A DNA stretch of 64,000 nucleotides, from contig NC_092680.1 of assembly GCF_964355755.1 (NCBI RefSeq), forward strand, positions 8,246,001 through 8,310,000, written 5' to 3'. Positions 54,467 through 64,000 of this stretch are shown piece after piece. Positions within the stretch are counted from its first letter, which is position 1, and each line of letters begins with the position of its first letter. The position numbers and the translations under genes were made by a program. The stretch is from Antedon mediterranea. Lineage: Eukaryota > Animalia > Echinodermata. The notes under the pieces were generated by a model. The model was not told where the DNA came from. It was given only the letters and a program-made list of their open reading frames with translations, and ran no database searches.

Positions 54467-57400
54467 TAAACTTTAATCATTATTGTAAACTGGTAAAATA
54501 CTTTTATTGCAACTTTTGGGTTGAATTATACAAAAATATATACTTAGACTTAAATGAAAAAAATATATCAAATCCATCAACGATATAAATCAAAAAAACA
54601 CAAAAACATCGAACAACAGACAAAATGAAGTCAAGTCAGGGAACGAAGCGACTGTGCAGGGATATATAAATATGCTTACCACTTGTGAAAGAGACCAAAG
54701 TTTACAATAAAATTTTTTGATCGTTCCGTTTTTATTTTTGGAATGCAAAATTCTTTAACTTGTCTTAAATTGTATCTAGATTTAGGCGCTTTTGGAAGAA
54801 GGTGATGAAGTCTATGGGAAGGGTTTTTAAGTTTCTGATAGTAATCCTTGCACAGTCTAGTTCGACGTTCACATAGCACAGGCACATTACATTGAGCCAT
54901 TGCTTTGTTGTAACTGAGCTCTGGGAACATGATTCTAAGCGCCCTTCGTTGGATACTTTCCAGTTGGTCAGACTGCAATTTAGTTAAGCACGTTCCCCAA
55001 ACGGGGACGGCGTATTCTAGTACAGGTCTGATAACACAACAATAGAAATAGCATAAGGCTTGGGCGTCTAGACCGGACCGGCGCAATTGTTTAAGGAAAT
55101 ATAACCGTGAGTTTGATTTAGCTATCAAAGAATCAATATGGGGTTGCCATGATAAATTGTCACATATAATAATTCCAAGGAGCTTAGTACGGCAAACCTG
55201 GTTAACACTACATTTATTAATAATTAGAGGATTAAATATCGACTTGTTTTTCTTACAACTCACAATTAATTCACATGTTTTTTTAGCATTGAGGGTCATA
55301 TGGTTAAGCCGAGTCCATGCAAGGGCCGAGTTAGCTATATTTTGCAAGTTACTATTGGACAGTTTAGACACCCTTTCGAAAACAGTAGTATCATCCATAA
55401 ATTTAACACATGGTTTACCATTTAAAAGGTCATTGATAAAAATAATAAACATAATAGGGCCAATCCACGACCCCTGGAGTATGCCTCCGTTTGGCGATAG
55501 CCATTCAGAAAGACTATCACCAATTTTAACACGTTGTTGTCGGTTATACAGGAAGGCATTAACCCATCGGATCAGGTGACTATCAACCCCCAGCGCAATG
55601 AGTTTGTTTAAGAGAATTTTGTGGTCGATCAAATCGTAGGCCTTTTTAAAATCCAATAATAAAACTCTAACCTCTTCGCCCGCATCAGTGGCAAGGAAAC
55701 AAACATTAAGGAATTCAATTAAGGCGTCAACCGTAGAAACACCTTTACAACAACCAAATTGGTTTAGGTTAATCTTATCCTTAACTTGGTGCCAGATCAT
55801 TTCACCCACTAGGCTCTCAATTACCTTTGCCATTATAGGAGTTAAAGCTATTGGGCGGAGATCACTTTCGACCAACTTTGGGGGAAACACTTTTGGGATT
55901 GGGACAATATTGGCTCGTTTCCATTCTTGGGGAACCCATCCGTTTCTAACACTTGAGTTAGCAATAGCACATAAAGGACCACTAAGAATCTCAGCACCCT
56001 CTTTAAACACCCAGGGGGGAAGGTCATCTGGACCAGGGGCTTTATTACATTTAATTTGATTAAGTTTAATCCTGACAGTTTCCAGCTCTATGATAAGGTG
56101 ACTAGGGATTTCATCAATATCTAATAGTGGATCTAGGGGAGGGAGGGGTTTAAATTCCGTGGTCAATGAGGCAAAAAATTGATTAATTTTATTTGAAAGC
56201 AAGGTGTTATTGCCGTTACACAGCAAATTTGACATTCCTACAAGTGCATGATTTTCTTTGCATCCTAGATTGAGAAACCTTTTGGTGTGTTTCCACCAGG
56301 ATCGGGAATCCGAATTCAAGAGCTTAGCTACATTGTTTTTGTAAAAAGATTTACGTAGGGATTTTGACATCCGGTTAACTTTGTTTCTCAGTGAGCGGAA
56401 CTCAATAAGATTTCCTTCCTTAAAAGCAATTTGACGTTTACGAATAAGATTCTTATATTTGGAAGTAACCCAGGGTTTATCCATCACATACTGTGTTAAG
56501 GGAACAAGGGGAAAATGATGGTTAAATAAAGATTGTAACTTATCATTAAAAAACTTAAATTGACTATAACAATCATTTAACTTATACATATCATGCCATC
56601 TAATACTACAAATGTCCTCAAAAAACAAAAGTTTATTGTTCTGTTTAAACAACCTCTTAAGGCTCTTGTTAGTGTAGTAGTGATCAAGTTTCACATTTGC
56701 GACCGGCTTGCAGATAACTACCCTATGGTCCGAAAGGCCAAGAGGAGGCTCGGTGATAGGGGCCAAATAAAACTCTCCCAATGACGTATAAAACAAATCG
56801 AGAATCGCTTCCTTTCTTGTGGGTATTTTAACTAGTTGCTTTAGCGGGAACTTTACCAATTTATAGTCCTTCATGCGGTTAAAATCACCAGTAATCACGA
56901 TGCCGGTTTCCGGGTGCTTTGAGCACACATAATCAAGACTGTGAATAATATGGTTGCACATTTCTAAATCATTTGAATTTGGAGGGTGGTAGATCAATCC
57001 TATGGTTATATTCGCGATTTTGCGTGGCAAGCGTTTGGGACGAATGGTTATCCATATACTCTCGAATGCTTCATCCTTAATTTCTGACCAAACTTTATAA
57101 GGAATTGAGTCTTTCACATATACGACTACTCCTCCGCCTCTTCTATCGCCTGGTCTATCTGATCTAATAAGAGAGTAGCCTTCAATTTCCACAATCGTAT
57201 TTAAAATAAATGGTTTGAGGTGAGTTTCCGTAATTGTAATGATGTCGTAGGCAGATTGTTTAACTCTATGGACAAGTTTGTCCATTTTGTTTGGTAGCGA
57301 TAGAGCATTAGTACTAAAAAACGAAGGAAAATTCCACCCAGTATATTGTTGAGCGAGATGAACAAGGTTGTTAGGGTTACATCCTCTGGAACCTTTTCCA

Positions 57401-57885
57401 CACTGCCTATGGTTATGTCTTGAGGATATCCTAACTGGTATTACTCTCTGTTTGAATCTACCTCCACGACAACCGCGATGGTGGGTGGCTAGAATTCCCA
57501 GCTCTTTAAGAGAAACGAATACATCCTTGCTTAGTTTAGCGTCGGAATACTTATAGCCTGCGATACGCTCTCTACTAAAACACATTGTTATGCAAATGAG
57601 GATCACTGGAATGTTCCGTCAGGACAAGCTTCTCCACCACTGCAACGTTTCCGGCGAATCCGAGATGTTATATGTACCAACAATGGGCCTAGCTTTACAA
57701 TTCTTGACAATTTTAAGACAGCACAAACAAAGTTTCACCAAACAAATCACATAACCACAAACAGACAGTTAAATGCAAACAGAATATCCACACCAAACAT
57801 CAAATAAGAAAACAAAAAAAGCATGAAAATAATTATTTTCTTCGCTGCCAGATAGGGCGCGTCTGTACCGGATTACGTCCGTAGA
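54467..57885 (-). mobile_element. Apparently full-length single-ORF non-LTR retrotransposon (CR1/L2-group-like)
   Basis: Intact APE-RT ORF, 3'UTR with AATAAA, and candidate 8-bp TSD TAATGTTG at 54459-54466 and 57886-57893. Confidence 0.88.
54676..57585 (-). CDS. LINE endonuclease-reverse transcriptase (969 aa from the first ATG)
   Basis: APE motifs ITETHL, RGGGV, YHPP, GDFN, ILD, SDH. RT motifs KAPGPD, RPIALT, QFG, LDFKKAYDLIDH, LQGS, FMDD. C-terminal IRPVLEYAVPVW and YNLR. Confidence 0.97.
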   Translation of the reverse strand: MCFSRERIAGYKYSDAKLSKDVFVSLKELGILATHHRGCRGGRFKQRVIPVRISSRHNHRQCGKGSRGCNPNNLVHLAQQYTGWNFPSFFSTNALSLPNKMDKLVHRVKQSAYDIITITETHLKPFILNTIVEIEGYSLIRSDRPGDRRGGGVVVYVKDSIPYKVWSEIKDEAFESIWITIRPKRLPRKIANITIGLIYHPPNSNDLEMCNHIIHSLDYVCSKHPETGIVITGDFNRMKDYKLVKFPLKQLVKIPTRKEAILDLFYTSLGEFYLAPITEPPLGLSDHRVVICKPVANVKLDHYYTNKSLKRLFKQNNKLLFFEDICSIRWHDMYKLNDCYSQFKFFNDKLQSLFNHHFPLVPLTQYVMDKPWVTSKYKNLIRKRQIAFKEGNLIEFRSLRNKVNRMSKSLRKSFYKNNVAKLLNSDSRSWWKHTKRFLNLGCKENHALVGMSNLLCNGNNTLLSNKINQFFASLTTEFKPLPPLDPLLDIDEIPSHLIIELETVRIKLNQIKCNKAPGPDDLPPWVFKEGAEILSGPLCAIANSSVRNGWVPQEWKRANIVPIPKVFPPKLVESDLRPIALTPIMAKVIESLVGEMIWHQVKDKINLNQFGCCKGVSTVDALIEFLNVCFLATDAGEEVRVLLLDFKKAYDLIDHKILLNKLIALGVDSHLIRWVNAFLYNRQQRVKIGDSLSEWLSPNGGILQGSWIGPIMFIIFINDLLNGKPCVKFMDDTTVFERVSKLSNSNLQNIANSALAWTRLNHMTLNAKKTCELIVSCKKNKSIFNPLIINKCSVNQVCRTKLLGIIICDNLSWQPHIDSLIAKSNSRLYFLKQLRRSGLDAQALCYFYCCVIRPVLEYAVPVWGTCLTKLQSDQLESIQRRALRIMFPELSYNKAMAQCNVPVLCERRTRLCKDYYQKLKNPSHRLHHLLPKAPKSRYNLRQVKEFCIPKIKTERSKNFIVNFGLFHKW

Positions 57886-58080
57886 TAATGTTGAGGTTCA
57901 TTCTCACTGTTGAGGTTCATTCTGAAGAGCTTCAAACTTGATGTGTGTGTGGTGATTCTGTTGATTGTACCTGGAGGTTCTGATGATGGTTAGGGTTCTG
58001 TTGATTGCTAGCCATTCATAAAATATATGAACAGAATTGCATTACAAATTTGAATGTGGTATTTAGTTTTCAAATCAATA

Positions 58081-58444
58081 GAGTATCACGGTATGACGAT
58101 AGAGGGCGCTGAATTGTTGCTAGCCAACCAAAAAATGCGTTCAGCACTACTATGTTGATAAACAGTAAAGATCTGTATTTCTATCAAATTACGTATCTTA
58201 GCTTGATTTTTTTAAACTTAAACTGTAGTTAAAGAATAGATAGATTATTAAAACAAATATTTAGTGATCTTTTGAAATTTTAGTTTGTTTTTATTGAAAA
58301 TTATTTTTAAAATGACTACTTCAATAAGCCTATTCCAAACCATTGGTTCACTTTGGAGTCACTCAGGCAGGCTGAACGCATTTTTGGTTGCGCTAGTAAC
58401 CACGCAGAGCCACCTACCGTCGTGATGTCAGCACCGTGATACTC
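58081..58444. mobile_element. MITE with GAG...CTC ends, TA-flanked
   Basis: TIR GAGTATCACGGT plus inner inverted repeat CAACCAAAAAATGCGTTCAGC / GCTGAACGCATTTTTTGGTTG. Confidence 0.75.
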
Positions 58445-59361
58445 TATATGATATGATTTTCCTAATAAATCCAATACTTATCATCAAATACAATAATAGG
58501 TGATCCACACAAGTTTTATGTAACTGGTTTAGGTTTTGTGTGTGTTTATAGAGAAGTTGATATTATAATAACAATGTTTATTAAACATGACAATAAAGAA
58601 CAATGTTTAAAAGATTATTCCTATAACAATTAGGATGGGATTTCCAAGTATTGAATAAGGTGGTGGTGGGATTCTAAAGAATTTGTGGTTAGTGTACATA
58701 CAGGTTTGTGGTAAAGATGGGATATTTCTTGTCTACCTACACTGTACAAATAGAAAATACTGTCGTTTCCTCAGTAAAATGATAATCAATAACCATTAAT
58801 AAACATTGATGGAAGGGTATGCTTTCTAATACAACATCAATCAATCATTTCCACATTTACTGTATTCAGTTTAAAATAATAATTGGGACCACCATTAGAA
58901 AAAAAAGCTTGTCTCATGAGGGCCCCTACAATACATATAATACATATGAAAACATTTGCAATTTGCATTAATTAATTTACCACATTGGATACTATGTGTC
59001 AATCAAATATTAATTATCTGTACAGTGAACAATGATTAAACATACAATGTATGTTGTATAATTATGTATACACTAGATAAATATGTCTTAGAAATAAATG
59101 AATAAATTGGAGTAATGCCATAATCCTCACTGTATTTACTCGGTTAAAATAACAAACATCAATGACAATAATATTAAAACAAAATAACATAGTATGTCCT
59201 AATTAATACTGCTAGTTTGTTTAGTTGCATTATTGTATACTGTATGTTGTATACATTGTTTGTTTATACCGTAATGATTGAATATAAAGAAACACCTTTT
59301 TTCTGAGTTTGGTATTGGGAATTGATAGTTGCCCCTGTGCAAACAGCACGTTTTTCATATC

Positions 59362-59883
59362 TCATATAAAGCAGCTTGTTCGATTTTAAAATTACAACCA
59401 TTTAAGGAACGAAAAACCAAATTATGTATTACGGTAAGTTTGGTACTTCTTTCATTAATTCTGAATTTAAAGAATGGTTACCACCCCTAAGAGAAGAAAC
59501 CCATAAGTACGATTTAAGAAATAGGAAACACCATACGATCCCCAGTGTCAAAACAGAAAGATACAAACGTAGCCCCATTCCCTACCTCGTAAATATTTTA
59601 AATAACCGGGCCTAATGCAATTTACTACAATTCATATTCACGGGGCAATTTTATATTATTCAATATCAGACAGTTCTAAATTTCTGTTTTAATAATTGTA
59701 TTTTATTATATAATGTATATTTTAAATTGTAATTGTATGTTTGTTTTGATTAATGGAGATGTTAATTTTAATGTTAAATATTTTTATATTATGAATCCAA
59801 TTTTTATAAATTGTCATTGTTTTAATTCAGTTTTTTTTAACTGCAAGAACAATTGAAATAAATAAACCTTGATATATATATAA
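59362..59883 (+). mobile_element. 5'-truncated LINE fragment (ORF C-terminus plus 3'UTR)
   Basis: SYKAACSILKLQPFKERKTKLC, a frameshift, then EWLPPLREETHKYDLRNRKHHTIPSVKTERYKRSPIPYLVNILN, resembling the end of the intact LINE ORF. AATAAA and a (TA)n tail follow. Confidence 0.8.
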
Positions 59884-60167
59884 ATCTTTTGTTACTATAT
59901 TAACATTGTTTGTTCTCCGTCCTTGCCATTTAATATATCGCGTACCTGCCTACAGATCTTTTATATGAATGAAAGTAAATTATATGTGTTTATGATTTAA
60001 CCTTTAGGCCTAATTCCTTTTTAAATATTTTTGTAACCAACTTAAACAACAACATTTGCCTGTGTAAATGCTGTATTTTTTGTTACAATTGGAGTGATTA
60101 TCATATTGTTATTGAGAACTTATTTGTTAATACAAATGCTTGAGCATGTATTTCTAGGAAGACCCAG

Positions 60168-60197
60168 CAGCATAAAGAAGCTGACGAATGGCGCATT
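60168..60197 (+). CDS. mef2: Candidate MEF2 microexon (Q)HKEADEWRI at the beta-exon position
   Basis: CAG|CAG| tandem acceptor (60168 or 60171), donor ATT|GTAAGC, 30 or 27 nt, phase 0-0, in frame between exons 6 and 7. Confidence 0.5.
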
Positions 60198-62479
60198 GTA
60201 AGCGCAAGGTCAATCGTTGGTTTCCTTCCTTTTCTTTGATCAAATCCAGTACAGGTTGAATTTTAGCCAATATGACGAAAAAAGAAAGTACTGTATATGT
60301 TAGTTTTTGTTATAGTATTTTATAGAAATTTTAATATTAATATTAACAATTTTACATTTTCTAAAGCAGGACTTTTTCTTAACATTCCAAAGGCCTCTAA
60401 TTCTTTCCCACCATGCATTCGGGAACCAAAAAAGTGCCCCTTACTGTTTCCCCTAAATATGTTATGTGAAAGTGTCCCCTTATAGGGGGGTCCTGAAGGA
60501 GGAGTTTTACTGTAATATACAAAAAATGTTGTTGTTAATGTGATCATTTTCTGTGTTACCAAGAACTATGCAGCCAAGAAAAAATCAACTAAAATTTGTA
60601 TCATTTTTAAAACAACAATAGCAAATAAAAAAATATTTTATTAGATGTTCAAGGCTTTGCAAACACTAATAAAATTCAATATTTACACAATGAATGACTT
60701 TTATGTATTTGCATGGTATAATAGTCATATTAAAAAGTTTATTGATAGTAAATACACTTTTCTATGAAAATATTTTATGTTAGAGTGTATTTTTCTGTGT
60801 CCTAAATTTTCAATTCTTTTTATGCAAAAAAAAAACTGATTGTAGCTACAAAAATCCAACTGAGCTGTTGAGCTACCCATAACGATGTTACCCAAGTACA
60901 GTAGTATTTTAGTTATTACCAAACATTAAAAATATATGTGCACAATTACATTACATGCACACATTTGTTATTAGTTTAATAACATGATTTTATTTTACAG
61001 TATAGTTTAAACAATGAAACATATTTTTGAAAGAGTACGGGCGACTTATATATTTAGGTTTATAGTTCTTCTGTCGTAATCATAATGGCTTCAAGACTTT
61101 ATTCTTGCTCTTTAGAGTCTGATAATTTAATCAATAATAATCAATAAAAGAAAACAATTACAGCCATAAACCACATGATCACAAAGACTGTAAACCACCA
61201 CCCATCAATTATGTTATTACCCTTTATATATCTGTACCCTATATAACTGATAACTAGCACATGGTCTTATGACCGACATTCTCATAGACAATAACTCATG
61301 AGGTTATGTGTGAGTATTGAATTTACTGTTATTTTATTAAAAACTCCTAAAAACCAGAACATTACAGAGGTCCCCAAATTCTTTCCTACTTTCGATGCAG
61401 GCTAATTGTTGCATTAGAAAACCTAGACATTTTATACTGGCACAAGTACGTGCACTGTGGACTTATTTTCTTGTCATTTGATTAGATGATTGTGGCTCGA
61501 ATGATATTAAATGTCCTATTGCATTCCTAATGATGTCAGCGAGAGTGCAATGTTGTTATACTGTACTTTCGTTTTGAATGTTCACAGTGAGTGACAAGAG
61601 GCTAGGCTGTTGTTCACTAATCACGTATCAAGTGTACACGGTCTATAATTGTTCTACCCTGCGTCCAAAATTGAAGCGCTGCCTCTTCAAATAGTGTGGG
61701 CCTACTGTAGCTTAGTTAAAAGTAGTATGAATGTTTTATATTCGTGCAATTTTAAATTATGAAATAACTAACTATATATTGTCTGAAGTAATACACATTC
61801 AAGCCATATTCTGTCAGTACAACTATGAGTCTTTTTTAATTAGAACCTGTTAAAAGTTGTAGATGTGCCTGCAACTATTCATCTACTTAAACTTGATAAA
61901 CAGCATGGTAGCTGTCACTTGGTTATTTTACTATTGTGGTTGGCTTCATGTAAAATTCTTCTACCTACCCCTTCTCATTTGGAGGGTTAGGGTTAGAGTT
62001 AATGTTAGATTTTTCATTAGGATAGAAATCAACAAGAGTTAATCCAACTATGGTTTTAAGTTTGTATTTATACAAATGGTTGTATGAATTATTCTTTATC
62101 GGTTCGGTTATCAAGTTGTATAGTTCATTTGGTCTCTTGTTGTTGTTGAATAGCTTATGTGCTCTTTATCAACCAAAAGAAGGTAAATCATCTGGATTAT
62201 CACTTTTATTCTTGGATTTCAATTTGCATTTGGCATTTTGGTGACTTTAGATTAAAATTACTTATTAAACTATACCATACTGTGCAAGTTTGAACTATCT
62301 GAAGCTTTTTGTGTTTAAGTACAGTGTACCCTACCAATCATTTTTATCATAAATTTCTACATCTTATTTGTACTAAATATTAAAAATCACGTTTGGCATA
62401 ATTTATAAGTTAGTGTAAATAGTATTACCGTATATGAACGAATATTATTGTTTAACTCTAAAATATTTATATTTTTTAG

Positions 62480-62591
62480 GGTCAACTCAACGATGGTACA
62501 TTAGCAACACCGACAGTTTCTTTAGCAACACCTAGCAACCCACAGGGAGCACCGAATTATCCATCAGCAATGCCAACAGCATACCAACCAG
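62480..62591 (+). CDS. mef2: MEF2 coding exon 7; the gene continues beyond the window
   Basis: GQLNDGTLATPTVSLATPSNPQGAPNYPSAMPTAYQP; compare vertebrate SLATPVVSVATP...YPSA; 112 nt, phase 0-1. Confidence 0.94.
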
Positions 62592-64000
62592 GTAATAACA
62601 ACCACCAGAAATATCTGAGCATGAGCAGAACTGCACAGTCGTGTGAAGCACTAGTGTCTATTTTATAATACAATTTTTGTTTTTTGCCAATCTATAATTT
62701 GTATCCAACCCTATTGTTAAATTATCAATTACAGGATATGAACTAAATTCCATGCTTTCTAAACTACATCTTAATGTGAACAAATTTGTATTTGAAGGCT
62801 TACTGTAGCTAATGCTTCTTTATAACCATGAAAAAAATCTTATATATTATTTGTGTTGCTTCTAGGGGGAGAGTTTCAACTGAATAGTGCAAACATAGCT
62901 CATATGCAGAATAGTTTTGATGGTCAACAGATGATTTCCAGTTGGCAGCATTCTCCACATCATCAAGGACCTCTGACGGCTGCAGTCCAAGCTGCAGGGA
63001 TCTCCCATCATCCACTGTAAGATATTTCTCAATAATAGAAATTAAAACATTAGAATTATGTCTGTCAAACATAATCAAATGTTAGCTATGCCTAACTACA
63101 TTTCTTTAAGTTATTCATTTGGAGTTGCTGTAGTTAAAGTGATTAAGATGTTTGACTATCATTCAGAAAGACCTATGTTCAAGTCCACTCAGCTGCAAAT
63201 GAGTGCCTTGTTGAAAAATACTAGGAAGGATAAGGCATCATGGAAAGGAACTGGCCACCCTACCACATAATGCTGAGATTGTAAACTGATTCATAACTGT
63301 AAATAAAACAGTTACCTGTGTTTAACTTAATAACAATATTTTGAGATGCTTTCGCCTTGAACATAACTGACAAATCCTGTATGAATAATCACAGTAAGCT
63401 GTACATTCACCTGTTTACCATCTGATAAAAGGATGTTACATCACATATATACATCTCGGTAGACATGTTTGGATCCTTGGTGTTTTTCCTATTTGTTTAA
63501 TTTGCATGATTTATCATAGTAACTGATGTCTGCTTAATGTCATCAGATGCCATTAGATTATTTGAATTGAAAGATGAATTGGTGTTTAGGATGTGTATCC
63601 TGTATAGCTATGACAAGGATATCTAGCAACTCTAAATCATACCATTATTACAAACATAACACTTTATTTCAATTGCGATATAGTAATATTTGCTAGCATT
63701 TTATTTTGTATTCATTTTTTTTTTTAGGTTTTTACCACACACAAATAAAATTACATTCATACAATGCAAATTAAGATATTGTAAATAGTATTTTAATGTA
63801 GTGTATTTTCTTATTTTAACATTTACATAATATTTATTTCAGTTTATGTTTATGGGTTTTCTACATTAATGTATTATAGATTGACTAGAGAGATACTGAT
63901 TCCAATAGATTTGGTACTATTCAAAATGGCTGCCATATCTGTTTATTCAATAGTATATAAACATAATTGAGTGTTGAGGAAAGATTATATAAATAATACA

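Noticed and set aside
54107-54480. Repetitive ORFs and a CRISPR-like appearance
   Set aside because: This is a head-to-tail 19-bp repeat with no spacers. The unit lacks plus-strand stops, so all frames are open, and the context is a eukaryotic intron.
55157-57556. Plus-strand ORFs within the LINE
   Set aside because: They are antisense shadows of the RT ORF.
57607-57885. HDV-like ribozyme at the LINE 5' end
   Set aside because: I could not build the nested double pseudoknot by eye; only short hairpins are present.

Overview
This is AT-rich animal genomic DNA, probably from an invertebrate deuterostome such as an echinoderm (inferred from the protein and repeat content). Most or all of the window lies within one large plus-strand MEF2 (MADS-box, myocyte enhancer factor 2) gene. 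I reconstructed seven GT-AG coding exons with consistent phases (21091-62591; the 3' end lies beyond the window), candidate 5'UTR exons, and a candidate 27/30-nt microexon at the position of the vertebrate beta exon. The introns contain an intact antisense single-ORF APE-RT LINE, a LINE 3' fragment, a 5S+tRNA+CORE-like SINE, Helentron-type HINEs, Harbinger-like MITEs and Penelope-type hammerhead motifs. They also hold six hAT-like elements whose target duplications are 5, 6 or 7 bp rather than 8. The strongest unexplained signal is a large excess of TACAGTA/TACTGTA, the classic Tc1/mariner excision footprint. It is dense in old non-coding DNA, was not seen in the exons or the young LINE, and appears as a clean 5-bp insertion between two copies of a repeat. 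All calls were made by eye, without database searches.
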